A stretch of 64,000 nucleotides of DNA from positions 83,903 to 147,902 of IMG/VR virus record IMGVR_UViG_3300022745_000020. One strand, 5' to 3'. The notes beneath the pieces are model-generated. The model had not been told where the DNA came from. It did not search any database and saw nothing but the letters and a program-made list of their open reading frames with translations. This DNA comes from a virus. Of the stretch, positions 36,761-47,318 are shown piece by piece; positions within the stretch are counted from its first letter, which is position 1, and every line of letters starts with the position of its first letter. A program made the position numbers and the translations under genes.

Positions 36761-36841
36761 ATAGACTCTCCTTTCGATGAGTAAAGTCGTGTGGTGAGGG
36801 TGTGGATGAGTGCTGTAACTCTACAGCACTCATCTCAGTGC

Positions 36842-38950
36842 TTAGGCAGCCAGATCGCTCATGCGACGACCGCGCACATCCAGGGTCATGACCGTCTTCA
36901 TGTTGTTGGCATACAGGGTGATCGGAAGCGACCAGCTGTAGCCACGCTGTGCATCGGCGTTGGTGATCTGGCACTCCGGGATGATCTTGTAGAGATCACA
37001 GAAGCGTCCGATCGTGCGTTCTTGCACGCGCTGATTCACCCGTTCGATGAACTGGGCATCGGTCAGACTGGTCTTGCCCGTGAATTCACGCCACACACGC
37101 TGACCCACCTTCTGCAGCTCTACAGCACAAGCCATGGTCAGGAAGGAGGTGAAGATAGAGGTGTCATCATCACACACCGTGTGGATGGCCGGGAAGAAGG
37201 TGTTTTGCGTGTCGTACGCTTGCACCCAGTTCAGCCCCAGAGCCCAGTCGGTGTTGCGGATGTGAGCGGGCATGAACGTGCTGTTGATGTTCTTAAACAT
37301 CGTCACACGGGTGTTGGGCCAGCTGTCCATCAGGGCAGTGGACTTCCACACACCGTTGCCAGCGCCCATCATCTTCGCAGCCATAGAGGCGACTTCGATG
37401 GTCAGGGGCAACTTACCCTTGTAGGCAGAGCCAATGAGCTCACCGTAGCGACCGACGATTGCACCACGGCGGATGCTCGTGCCGAAGTAGTCACTCTCCG
37501 GATACATCTGCAGATAGCCCAGCAGCACAGCTGCAATCGAGCTCTCCTGAGAGCGAGTAAGCTCAGGTCCGCCGACCGTATAAGTCGACAGCACCACGGC
37601 CGTGTCCTTGCGCTCAGAGATGAATTGGCACAGAGCACGCTTGGTCGTCAGCGGGAAGCCCGTGTCGTAGAGGAACGACTCGGGATACATCGCATCGTCT
37701 TGATACTTGTGATTGGGGTCGGCGTAGGCGGCCACAGCAGCACTCACTGCAGTGGCAAAAGCCGTATCATTCATCGTACCGTCAGAGCCACCGGCTGCGT
37801 AGAGGTTGGTGCTCTCGCTGGGCCAGATAGAGCCAGCCGACGCGGTATCGATCTGGAAGGTGTGATAGGGCTCACCCGTGCTGTAAGTGCCGCTGAGCAG
37901 GTTGACCAAGTACTTGGTGGCGCCCGCTACCTTGAGCTCGGAGCTCACAGCCACAGCCGCACTCTCATCGGCAAAGACCGTTTGCAGGATCTGCTCGATG
38001 TTGGCCGTGTACAGATGCATCTCCCCGAAGTCACCGAAGTTAATCGGAGCTGCGGCATTATCGATGTTACGATACGAATCCGGGAAGACCTTACCCAGGC
38101 TCACTTCGACGTTGGTGGTGGGGTCAATCGCGCCTGGCTTGAGCACGAATTCCACAAACTGATCGCCGCCTTGAGTCGATACAATCTTGGCCGTATCCTT
38201 GGAGGTGGCACGACGCGCCACAGCCAGACGGAACGGGTAAGCCCCCACCTTCTCCATGAGGGTGGAGTTGATTGCGTTGTTCGACAGGGCAGTGGGCGCC
38301 CACAGGCGCAGTGCAGCATCGTTGCCACGCTTACCGTAGCACGAAGCGCGGATCTCAGCGATCGGGTACTTGGTACCTTGCACGGGCGTGGCGTCCAGGC
38401 TCAGCAGAGTACCAGCACCAGAGCTCACTTGACCGAAATTGGCTTCATCGCTCAGGGCAGAGACGTTAGACAGGCTCCACTTGGCCAGATGACCTTGAGT
38501 CCATTGAGGAGCACCACCGGTGGTCGCTTGCACAGGCAAGCCGGTGATGGCGTCACGGGCATAGGTGCCATCGGAGTTGCGCTGATACACGGGCAGACGG
38601 CTGGCCACGATGTCCAAGCTGAGCAGCAAGTTAGAGCGAGGCCCCACATCAGCAGGCAAGATGCGCTCGATCATCTGGGCACTGCCAGCTGCCGAGAGGG
38701 TGTTGCTCAGCACGGTCTGGTGATTCGCATACTCGCTGCGCAGATCAAACGTGTCCAGGCCAAAGATATTGGTGCGCATGGCGCCCGCGACGAGTTGAGC
38801 GTCGGTGGGGCCCCATGCAGCGTAGATGTAGACCTTGGCCAGGTGGGTAGGCAGACCCACTTCATCGACCACGGGCGTGCGAGTGCTCAGGTCTTGGATA
38901 CCGCGCGCGATGACCATCGGCGCGGCGTTGACGATACGAGTAGATGCCAT
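36842..38950 (-). CDS. tail sheath protein (phiKZ gp29-like)
   Basis: 702 aa; NAAP..GIQDLS, GGSDGTM, YDTGF..TK, YPES.YFGT and C-terminal GYSW..ITLYANNMKTV. Confidence 0.9.
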   Translation of the reverse strand: MASTRIVNAAPMVIARGIQDLSTRTPVVDEVGLPTHLAKVYIYAAWGPTDAQLVAGAMRTNIFGLDTFDLRSEYANHQTVLSNTLSAAGSAQMIERILPADVGPRSNLLLSLDIVASRLPVYQRNSDGTYARDAITGLPVQATTGGAPQWTQGHLAKWSLSNVSALSDEANFGQVSSGAGTLLSLDATPVQGTKYPIAEIRASCYGKRGNDAALRLWAPTALSNNAINSTLMEKVGAYPFRLAVARRATSKDTAKIVSTQGGDQFVEFVLKPGAIDPTTNVEVSLGKVFPDSYRNIDNAAAPINFGDFGEMHLYTANIEQILQTVFADESAAVAVSSELKVAGATKYLVNLLSGTYSTGEPYHTFQIDTASAGSIWPSESTNLYAAGGSDGTMNDTAFATAVSAAVAAYADPNHKYQDDAMYPESFLYDTGFPLTTKRALCQFISERKDTAVVLSTYTVGGPELTRSQESSIAAVLLGYLQMYPESDYFGTSIRRGAIVGRYGELIGSAYKGKLPLTIEVASMAAKMMGAGNGVWKSTALMDSWPNTRVTMFKNINSTFMPAHIRNTDWALGLNWVQAYDTQNTFFPAIHTVCDDDTSIFTSFLTMACAVELQKVGQRVWREFTGKTSLTDAQFIERVNQRVQERTIGRFCDLYKIIPECQITNADAQRGYSWSLPITLYANNMKTVMTLDVRGRRMSDLAA

Positions 38951-39246
38951 GAAGGACTCCTTGTTTCGGGGACTGGAATGTGAGAAAAATAGTGTCTCAA
39001 ACGAACTGATTGCTCAGAAAAAGCCTCTTAAAGATGAAGGGGATCATTATGATTACCGCCCGTATGAGCACATGCAGAACCCTATCAATCGATTGATGTA
39101 TTTTATCACAGTGCCATATATAGATACCTCATTGATCTGACAGTCACAGGATCTCTATTTATATATGCACTACACCCGACGGATCTTATGATCACCCACT
39201 CAACCGATCTGTGGCCAGAGTCCACTTACATGGAGCACACCTCAAA

Positions 39247-40215
39247 ATGATCTTCGATACCGCCTACGATACGTCCAGTGCACCTTACAACTTGAAAACC
39301 ATCCTCAGCACACTGCAGTTGGCTATGGCAAGTTATGAGCTCAAGCTGCAGAACAACGAATGCCATACCACGGGTAAAGTCACCAACCTGTGGCTGTTGA
39401 TGGACACGGGTCTACACAGCAAGACCTGCCCTGTGTTCAACCACCCTGTGGTGATTTATACGCAGCGCGATGACAACTCTGCGATGGTGCTCGATGTCAG
39501 GCAATTTGGCTCTACCGATAAAGCCACTGGGGCATTTAAGTATCGCTCTGGCTCTGAGGTGAGCTGGGCACTGACTCGTGCATATCTTAATGGTATCTGG
39601 ATCGAAGAAGGTCCTAAGCTACTGCAAGATCTGAGCACCATCCCTATGTCAGCTTATAGTGCGATGATCTCTCAGACCATCACTCGGCGCTATAATCTAG
39701 AGCCTGCCGATCAGGTCAATATCGCCATCTTGGCAGGCTACTTCTATCTGGGGCTGTACGAGGATGCACCTGTAGCCGATGAGACCGACTTGATGAAGAC
39801 GGCAGTGAAGATCGCTCGAGCCACTCACTTGCCCACTGCCAAGGTCTTCGATCGCATCAAAGACTTAGGTGCTATTGATTCCATTGAGGAGTTCTGCCAT
39901 CGACTCAAGGACTTTGTGGGCAACATCCGCTTGAAGGATTTCAACACAGCTATGCTGCTGCAGATCACTTGTGGGAATTGGTTTGGCCCCAATGGCAGAG
40001 AGAATATGGCCATCTCTTTAGAGCATCCTCCGACGTGGCTGGCTATTTGCTATCACTGCCTGAGTGATGCGACTTCGATGCGCTCTCCTCTGGCTAAACT
40101 CGTGCAGCAGCAAGATCGCTCCGGTGAAGGCGAGCGCTTCATCAGAGCCATCGATGCACTGGTCAATCCTGAAGAGGTCAGCAAAGCCATCTCAGGTGAG
40201 CCCTACTCACGCTAA
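39247..40215 (+). CDS. virion structural protein (phiKZ gp28-like by synteny)
   Basis: Divergent from the sheath gene; RBS GGAG; WFG.N.RE....SLEHPPTW motif. Confidence 0.7.
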   Translation: MIFDTAYDTSSAPYNLKTILSTLQLAMASYELKLQNNECHTTGKVTNLWLLMDTGLHSKTCPVFNHPVVIYTQRDDNSAMVLDVRQFGSTDKATGAFKYRSGSEVSWALTRAYLNGIWIEEGPKLLQDLSTIPMSAYSAMISQTITRRYNLEPADQVNIAILAGYFYLGLYEDAPVADETDLMKTAVKIARATHLPTAKVFDRIKDLGAIDSIEEFCHRLKDFVGNIRLKDFNTAMLLQITCGNWFGPNGRENMAISLEHPPTWLAICYHCLSDATSMRSPLAKLVQQQDRSGEGERFIRAIDALVNPEEVSKAISGEPYSR

Positions 40216-40307
40216 CCAAGTCGCAGACATAAGAGTCAGACAGCGCTCTATATAGAGGCTGTCTGACTCGGGTCATTTTGCAACGCTTTCAAGAGGTACG
40301 AGCTTAT

Positions 40308-42890
40308 ATGAGCTACTTCGTCACACAAGCCATCCGAAATATCTGGTGCACTCCAGCTCAAGATGGACAGTATATCTTTAAGATGAAGAGGCAGACTGGC
40401 TATCTGGGTTTTTCCTCTCGCACTGAGGTGATGACCACTGCGATCAATCCCCCAGTGATAGGTACTCGCTTTCACTTGTTCAGCCTGAGCGCAGCATACC
40501 CGGATCTGTTGTCGATGATAAACTTTCCTCAGCACTGGGTGAAGTTCAGCGACTGCGCCATTCAGACCAGGCGAGTCGTAGATATCTACAATGCACTGGG
40601 TGTGCGTATCCCATTGAGTCATTGTTACTTCACCTACACGACAGAGCGCATGCTGCTGGTGGCTGTGCAGGAGTTGAATATCCTGGGCGTGATGGGCAAT
40701 GATCGACTGTTGAGTCTGCCAGTCGATGATCTGTACATCAGAATCTACAAGAACAGCTATTACAACAGCACTCGCTGGGTCGTGGATCAAACAGCTGCTC
40801 AGCAGAACATCACCAATCCCGTCTATGTCGAAGGTATGGTGGTCAAGACCATCAACGACATCGTAGCCTTGCAAAACAAGATCAGCACGTATGCCAGTAA
40901 ACTCGGTAAGAGTCTATTCTTCAAGAATGGTTTCGAAGTACCTAGCCTGACTCTGGTCAATGTCGGTATAGGCGATCAGATCGAATGGGTCTATGATGCC
41001 TCACTGACCACATACGAGGATCTGGGCTATATCGCAGATCTGCCCTCATTCACCTCCAGTCAGGACAATCGAGGTAAATACATCTTGCATATGACTGAAC
41101 ATCAAAGCAGCATCATCTACCAAGACGATGTGGTGCTGGTCATGAGAAATGGTGCAGTGGGTATCCAGATCCCGAGAAATGCCACATGGACTCTGAGGAA
41201 CTTGACCCATCAGGACTTTGCCCTGCGTGAGGATGTGATCGGCTCTATCTTACAGAGCTTTAGCTCTGGTTGGAGCGCGAGTAACACCAAGATTGGACTG
41301 TATGCTCGCAAGAGTGGCTATGAGCGTGCACTGGTAGATCAGCACACTCGCATCAAAGAGCTCTATCGCCTCAGCGATGATAAGATCTTAAAGGCCATGC
41401 AGGGCGTGGACTCCACCGTCTCTACGTGGAGTGCAGATGCGCTAGAGAGCGGAAGCTACGCTAAGATCATGTCCAGTGATTATCGAGACATCACACACGC
41501 TATGGTGATCGATGCACTCGGATACAATGCGATAGCCAACGATGTGGCCAAGCCCTCTCAGAAGCTGCTGGGTGGATCTACTGTCGTTAACATCCCTTCG
41601 GCCTATCAAGATGAATGCTCCTCATACTGGTACGATGCAGACGGGTATTTGCTGAGCTACCACAATCACAGTGGTGTGACGACGCTACAAGTTGACAACT
41701 CAGTGCGATATGTGGAATTTGTACGAGAGGCGTACACCGATCGATTTGAGGAGTACTTGAATGTATCGGGCTTGACACTGCGCAGTGATCGGGATTATCG
41801 GTACTTCATCCGCGAGGCTTCCAGCAATCCCCAGGAACATCTGTGGAGGCAGCTCGATCAGAGTGATCCGCGCATCTCCATCACTGGATCATCCATGACC
41901 TGGAATGGAGTAAGTGCCATGTATAACACTTTGATCCGCAGCACTCGAGGTGTGGTGATCAATGACTATACGCTACCAATCACAGATGGATTGCTGGCGT
42001 TTAATCTGACTCACAAGGTGGTAGTAGATGGACAGCTCATCTCTAAAGAGTTGGAAGTCCCCCCAGGTGAGCTCGACATCTGGCTCAATGGTCGATATCT
42101 CATCCGCAATCTAGACTATCACATCAAAGACAACGCGGTGGCGATCTGTGCCAAGCAGTACATCTCCACCGCAGGAGATCAGCATGTAGTCGTCCGCATG
42201 AAAGGTGTCTGCAATGTCGATATGGATTTCAGAGACAGCAGTGAATACGGCTTCGTTGTCGATGGGGTGTTATCCATCGACAACGAGTTCGACACCCGAG
42301 ATGACAAACCCACCACCATCTACATCGGCGGGGGTATGCGCACACGCGACGATGTCACCTACCAAGAAGACAGCTCTGCAGTCTACGTGCCCAACAGCGC
42401 ACTCAATGGTAAACCCTATATCACCAAAGACATCTATATCCGACTGAGTGATCTGATCTTGAGTGATACACTCAAGCTAAAGGATCGCTCGGCTGCTCTG
42501 GATAGAGAAATCTCCCAATACCTCAGCGTCCATTTGCCTGCAGCGCCTACTCCACCAGTAGGCACTAAGCAAGCCAATCATCTCCTGTACAGTCCACTGA
42601 TCTCCAAGGTGCTCAACGCTGTGGTCAACAAGGTCATCGATAACTCAATCATGACCTCCCAGTACAGTGACAATCAAGTGCTCGATCTGATCTCCCCATA
42701 CATCTACTTGTATGCACTGGATCCCATCCATCCGAACAACAGACTCACTGCTGGATTGGTGGATATCCACCCCACTCACTTGAGCACGGTACTCACAGTC
42801 AACATCTGGCAATACGCATTCGTCAATCGGGTCATCCGTCTGCTGGCCGGAGATCTTGTGACATTGTCCAATCACGTACAGATCTCTTAA
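40308..42890 (+). CDS. virion structural protein (phiKZ gp27-like by synteny)
   Basis: 860 aa; NIWCTPAQD N-terminus; beta-rich. Confidence 0.72.
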   Translation: MSYFVTQAIRNIWCTPAQDGQYIFKMKRQTGYLGFSSRTEVMTTAINPPVIGTRFHLFSLSAAYPDLLSMINFPQHWVKFSDCAIQTRRVVDIYNALGVRIPLSHCYFTYTTERMLLVAVQELNILGVMGNDRLLSLPVDDLYIRIYKNSYYNSTRWVVDQTAAQQNITNPVYVEGMVVKTINDIVALQNKISTYASKLGKSLFFKNGFEVPSLTLVNVGIGDQIEWVYDASLTTYEDLGYIADLPSFTSSQDNRGKYILHMTEHQSSIIYQDDVVLVMRNGAVGIQIPRNATWTLRNLTHQDFALREDVIGSILQSFSSGWSASNTKIGLYARKSGYERALVDQHTRIKELYRLSDDKILKAMQGVDSTVSTWSADALESGSYAKIMSSDYRDITHAMVIDALGYNAIANDVAKPSQKLLGGSTVVNIPSAYQDECSSYWYDADGYLLSYHNHSGVTTLQVDNSVRYVEFVREAYTDRFEEYLNVSGLTLRSDRDYRYFIREASSNPQEHLWRQLDQSDPRISITGSSMTWNGVSAMYNTLIRSTRGVVINDYTLPITDGLLAFNLTHKVVVDGQLISKELEVPPGELDIWLNGRYLIRNLDYHIKDNAVAICAKQYISTAGDQHVVVRMKGVCNVDMDFRDSSEYGFVVDGVLSIDNEFDTRDDKPTTIYIGGGMRTRDDVTYQEDSSAVYVPNSALNGKPYITKDIYIRLSDLILSDTLKLKDRSAALDREISQYLSVHLPAAPTPPVGTKQANHLLYSPLISKVLNAVVNKVIDNSIMTSQYSDNQVLDLISPYIYLYALDPIHPNNRLTAGLVDIHPTHLSTVLTVNIWQYAFVNRVIRLLAGDLVTLSNHVQIS

Positions 42891-42903
42891 AGAAGGAGTA
42901 TAT

Positions 42904-44619
42904 ATGCTCAATCCCATCAACGTGGGAGGTGTGGTCGGCACCGATAATGTGCAGCCCATCTACAACCCCAGTGCCCTGTGGCAAGAGTGGAACATCAACG
43001 ACATCTACCTCGGGGGAGTCGGTGCTAATAAACACGTCCCCAAGATCGGCGATGTGGTGGTCACCATCGCAGGAGCTCAGATCACCCGTCAGATCGTCAC
43101 CGATATCAACCCCACGACACTGGTGCCTACTCTGCACGAGGAGCTCCAAGGAGCACTGTCTGGCGATATGCCCGATGTGGACCTCCTGCTCAGTGTGAGT
43201 GTACCCCGGTACAGCGACACCTATCGAATGCTCATCGATAAGAGCGTGCAGCCCCATCGCATCTTGGTCGATGAGCGCTGTCGCATCGGTGTGGTCAACG
43301 CCACCGGGGTGAAGATCTATCGTGGCTCAGACATCTCATCGAGTGGCCAAGTCATCAGCCAGACCTATGACGCCAGTGGGAATTACACGGGTGACACGCT
43401 GGGCTTGAGTACTCTGGCTATGGAGAACTTGAGTAACATCGCCATCAAGAGTGTGGCCGAGGGCTACACCACAGCCAACTTACAAAACAACGAGCTGGTC
43501 ACAGCTGTAGTCTATGCAGCCAATAGCTCTGTGGTGAGCTATCGACAGCTCCTGGTGGAAAATACCAGCTACATCAAGCCCGTGGGAGCTCCCACGAAAT
43601 CCATCGTCGGCATCACCTTAGAGAGCCCATTCCTGTCTACGACCGATCAGGGACTGATCGAGGTACCGTATAACCTACCAGTGGCCAGTCTGGATATGGT
43701 GGGGGTCGTGCATTACTCCAATGGAGATAGCGTACGTTATCCGGCCGATGGGGTGAAGTTCACCCTCTATGGACTCGATGAATACGTCAGCACGCAGAGT
43801 GGTCAGATTCTCTACCCCGTACTCAAGTACACGCTTGACTCCACCGAGCGCAGTATCGTCTCTGCGGCTGCTGATGGAAAATCCATCACCAAGGCCTATC
43901 GCATCAAGACCCTGTCCGCTGATGGGACTTACGGGGTCAAACTCTATCCATATCCAGTCTGGGTGGACTTTGTCAACGGCTGGAGACTGCGCTGGTTCTT
44001 GCTGAACCTGTCTCGCAACATCTGGTATGATGTCACCTCCCATGTGATCATCAATGCTGACTATGCACCGTACAACCCGATTGCATATGGTCAGGTGCAA
44101 ACACTCAGTGTGAGCGTGAACATGAGTGCCGTCAACGGCATCTACCAGCCCTATATCCACACTCAGACTGTGGAGATCGTGCTGGCTCGTCAGGGCACTG
44201 AGCGACTGACGCCATGGATGATTGGCTTTACTGCGAATCAAAACCCCCGCTATGGCGAAGGTGTATACGCCAGTGCTAAGTTCATCAACACAGCCCGGTA
44301 TGAAGTGCGGGTGGACTTTGCTCAGGCTACTCAGACAGCCTGGTTGGATAAGCTGTACTACCAGACTAAGCCCCTGTATAATACAAGCACAGAGTCTACA
44401 GCGCCTGCACCTACTCACTTCGCTTTGATGATCGACACCGTCGAGACCATCTATGCGATCAGTCAGTGGAATCAGGCACTGACCATCAATCGCAATTTGA
44501 CCAATGGTGCTACGGTGTACGTGCGCTTCATGCGACAGCTGGGGCAGGAGATGCTGCAGCTGAGCGTGGCAGGTCTGCCACTGTGGTTTGTAAATTCTCA
44601 AGGTGCAATCATCGTTTAA
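42904..44619 (+). CDS. virion structural protein (phiKZ gp26-like by synteny)
   Basis: 571 aa, RBS AAGGAG; convergent with terminase. Confidence 0.72.
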   Translation: MLNPINVGGVVGTDNVQPIYNPSALWQEWNINDIYLGGVGANKHVPKIGDVVVTIAGAQITRQIVTDINPTTLVPTLHEELQGALSGDMPDVDLLLSVSVPRYSDTYRMLIDKSVQPHRILVDERCRIGVVNATGVKIYRGSDISSSGQVISQTYDASGNYTGDTLGLSTLAMENLSNIAIKSVAEGYTTANLQNNELVTAVVYAANSSVVSYRQLLVENTSYIKPVGAPTKSIVGITLESPFLSTTDQGLIEVPYNLPVASLDMVGVVHYSNGDSVRYPADGVKFTLYGLDEYVSTQSGQILYPVLKYTLDSTERSIVSAAADGKSITKAYRIKTLSADGTYGVKLYPYPVWVDFVNGWRLRWFLLNLSRNIWYDVTSHVIINADYAPYNPIAYGQVQTLSVSVNMSAVNGIYQPYIHTQTVEIVLARQGTERLTPWMIGFTANQNPRYGEGVYASAKFINTARYEVRVDFAQATQTAWLDKLYYQTKPLYNTSTESTAPAPTHFALMIDTVETIYAISQWNQALTINRNLTNGATVYVRFMRQLGQEMLQLSVAGLPLWFVNSQGAIIV

Positions 44620-44631
44620 TATGTAGATAGT

Positions 44632-44680
44632 ACAGCTCCCTCCTACTACAGGTATAGTGCCTGTAGTAGGAGGGAGCTGT
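44632..44680. terminator. bidirectional 21-bp stem hairpin
   Basis: ACAGCTCCCTCCTACTACAGG-tatagtg-CCTGTAGTAGGAGGGAGCTGT. Confidence 0.82.
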
Positions 44681-44685
44681 GTCTT

Positions 44686-46812
44686 TTACTCATTCATGAA
44701 GCGCTTGAGCTTGCGTTTTTTCTGCAGATCTTGCAAGATAGCGTCCAGTGCGAGAGTCTCATTGTCATGTAGCACGATGCGACTCGATAGCGTCCTGAAC
44801 TGATTCTCCAGTCGAGCGATCACCATGGGATCGCGTTCTGATTGCAGTGTCTCATAGAGCTCACTGAGGCGATGACGGATCTCATTTTGTTCTCTATTGA
44901 ACAGTAGATTTTCTGGCTCGATTTGAGTCTTCTCACGCTCATCGACAAAGACGTTGGTGACATCGATGCCGTAGTGAGACAGATTCTTACCATTGGCCAG
45001 TAGCCAGTGAGTCATCAAGAACGGAATGATCAAGTCATCGTGTCCACTGGTGGAGTGATCGATGCGATTGTTTCGAGTCGTCAAGGCTAAGAACTGCTCA
45101 ATGAGTGTGCGATCCAAGATGCGATCGGCGCAGCGCTTGAGAGAACTCATCAGCGTGGTCGAGTACAGAGAGTCTCGACTGGTCTGACCTGAGCCAGATG
45201 TAGAAAAACCAAACACTTTGGCTTGCTTGGCCTTGATGTAGACATCGCTGGCTCTGCGCCTCAGGGGCAGTTTGATCTCAGTGGCTAAGAGGGGGTATTC
45301 CATCGGGTCATTGACCACCCAATTGAAGATGCGGGTAAATGGATCGATCCCCATCTCGGGTAGGTAAAGCAGCAGATAGTCAATGATGGACACTGCAGAG
45401 GATCTGCGCTCAGGCATGAGCACCACTGTGCGATATCGCACCATGAATTCCCCGATGAACTGAGCAAATGAGTGCAGGTTAGTTAAATAGATATCGGTAG
45501 CGGCTACTGTAGCTCCAGTGCGACTATCGGTGAGGAGCAGGCCGATACCATCGTTGCCCACTGCATCGGAGGAGTCCAGTGCCAAGACACAATTACTCGT
45601 ACTGAGGTAGTGCTCGATGTCGCTCTCGGGGATATACCACCTCACCATGTATTTACCCACTCCCATGATCTTCGTGCATGTCTCTGGAGTCATGGACTTG
45701 GAGATGGTGTTGAGGATATCCGAGGGCAGTGGGTTGCCTGAGTTACCGGCTGTCCAGACGTTGAAGTAATCTCGGTTAGCCGCATCTGGGCTGGAGTTAT
45801 TGCGCTCGAGCTGGGACATCAGCCACTCGTCGGACTTACCGAGCTGCCTGTGGTTGAACGCCGCGTAGACTCTCAAGTATCCCTTCTTGGAATAGCCTCG
45901 AATCATCTTACCCAAATCGAACTCATCTTGAGCATCGTAGAACAAATCGGTCCACGGGGCGCTGTCGCTGACGTACTCGTGCACATAGCGCCCACTCTTA
46001 TCGTCGAGTTTACCCGCAGTGGTAGTCAGGATCAGACCATACGGCTCGTTATTGCGCTGAGCCGATTCGATCACAGCACCCATAGAGCCGGTGATGGCTT
46101 CCATGGCGATATCGATGTTGGGCTGGAAGGGGGCCTCATCGATGTGCAAGATGCCAGTACTCACACCACGACCGACTCGGTTAGCACCCACTACGGAGGC
46201 AGAAGGTACTCGTCCGTTATAGCGATTGCCTAAGGCATTGATCGTGATGGCCTCGTTGCTATTAGTATCATCGGGAGTCTTGAAATTTAGATAGGGGGGT
46301 AGTTCTGAGTAGATGTCCTTTAATCGAATCAGGTTCTCAGTGCGCAGGCCATCATCTTTGGTCAGCAAATTAATCTTGGTGTTTCTGCAGATGAAGCCCT
46401 TTAGCGCCACCATCAGTGCATCGGTGTTAAATGACTTACCGGTCTGTCGCGGTTGAGTTAAGATGGTGGTGATGTGGTTGAAGAACAGCCACCACAGTGC
46501 TAGGTTAGCACGATTAGCGATGATGGGTGATCCATAGTCACCCGACTGAGCAGGAGCTCGCAGCACATTACGTACGATATACCAGAAGTTTTGCCTACAC
46601 TCGATCAAGATAGCTGCTTTTTGATCCGCAGTCAGCTCTTCACTGTGAGGGTCCACCCCCAAGAGATCGGGGTTATGCAGCGCCAGCATGAAGTGGTGAT
46701 TCTTCACCACCGACTTGAGTTTATAGGCCATCTCGATGAACGAAGTGTTTTTCGTTTGCATATCGAGCACTGCCCTAGGGTGGCGTTTCCAGTCTTCTAA
46801 AAATAAGATCAT
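44686..46812 (-). CDS. terL: terminase large subunit
   Basis: Walker A QPRQTGKS, Walker B ILHIDE, TTTAG, nuclease LALDSSDAVGND and HDD; start MILFLEDW with RBS AAGGA. Confidence 0.93.
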   Translation of the reverse strand: MILFLEDWKRHPRAVLDMQTKNTSFIEMAYKLKSVVKNHHFMLALHNPDLLGVDPHSEELTADQKAAILIECRQNFWYIVRNVLRAPAQSGDYGSPIIANRANLALWWLFFNHITTILTQPRQTGKSFNTDALMVALKGFICRNTKINLLTKDDGLRTENLIRLKDIYSELPPYLNFKTPDDTNSNEAITINALGNRYNGRVPSASVVGANRVGRGVSTGILHIDEAPFQPNIDIAMEAITGSMGAVIESAQRNNEPYGLILTTTAGKLDDKSGRYVHEYVSDSAPWTDLFYDAQDEFDLGKMIRGYSKKGYLRVYAAFNHRQLGKSDEWLMSQLERNNSSPDAANRDYFNVWTAGNSGNPLPSDILNTISKSMTPETCTKIMGVGKYMVRWYIPESDIEHYLSTSNCVLALDSSDAVGNDGIGLLLTDSRTGATVAATDIYLTNLHSFAQFIGEFMVRYRTVVLMPERRSSAVSIIDYLLLYLPEMGIDPFTRIFNWVVNDPMEYPLLATEIKLPLRRRASDVYIKAKQAKVFGFSTSGSGQTSRDSLYSTTLMSSLKRCADRILDRTLIEQFLALTTRNNRIDHSTSGHDDLIIPFLMTHWLLANGKNLSHYGIDVTNVFVDEREKTQIEPENLLFNREQNEIRHRLSELYETLQSERDPMVIARLENQFRTLSSRIVLHDNETLALDAILQDLQKKRKLKRFMNE

Positions 46813-46845
46813 GATCTCGTCTTCTTCCTTATGCGTCAAATACAG

Positions 46846-46882
46846 CCTACACTACAGGGGATACGCTCCCCTGTAGTGTAGG
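46846..46882. terminator. 16-bp stem hairpin
   Basis: CCTACACTACAGGGGA-tacgc-TCCCCTGTAGTGTAGG. Confidence 0.7.
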
Positions 46883-46895
46883 TCACATGATATCC

Positions 46896-47294
46896 TTAGC
46901 GCAGTGTAGCCCCCCACATGGAGCGTACTTTGTTGGAGAATACGATCTCCTCATAGACTATATCCAGATACAGTGCCACTGCTCGCTTAGCGGATTTGGT
47001 GCGACTGAGCAGCGGTGGTGTTCTTAACTTCACATAACGAGGGTGCTTGAACACCTCAGCGAGCTTATAGCCCTCTTTGGCTTCGAATGTACACCAGACC
47101 TTGTAGAGTCTACTGCGTATGCCCAGCTTGGTCGTGATGTAGTTGTGTACGCCCGTATATGCTAGAGCCCTACAGTGGATGACCAGACGGCCTCCGTGTT
47201 TGAGGTGTGCTACATAGCGATAGCTCTTACCCCACTTATGCGCCGGAGGGCCAGTGGGGTATTTTTCATTGAGAAATGTCCAGTCCGTATCCAC
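46896..47294 (-). CDS. basic hypothetical protein
   Basis: 132 aa, GTG start, co-oriented in the operon. Confidence 0.6.
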   Translation of the reverse strand: MDTDWTFLNEKYPTGPPAHKWGKSYRYVAHLKHGGRLVIHCRALAYTGVHNYITTKLGIRSRLYKVWCTFEAKEGYKLAEVFKHPRYVKLRTPPLLSRTKSAKRAVALYLDIVYEEIVFSNKVRSMWGATLR

Positions 47295-47318
47295 GATTAC
47301 ACTCTACCCCGGAGTTGG

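Noticed and set aside
35909-38983. Long + strand ORFs (280 and 730 aa) antisense to the tail tube and sheath genes
   Set aside because: Shadow ORFs from strong C/G-ending codon bias of highly expressed genes; no RBS and unnatural composition
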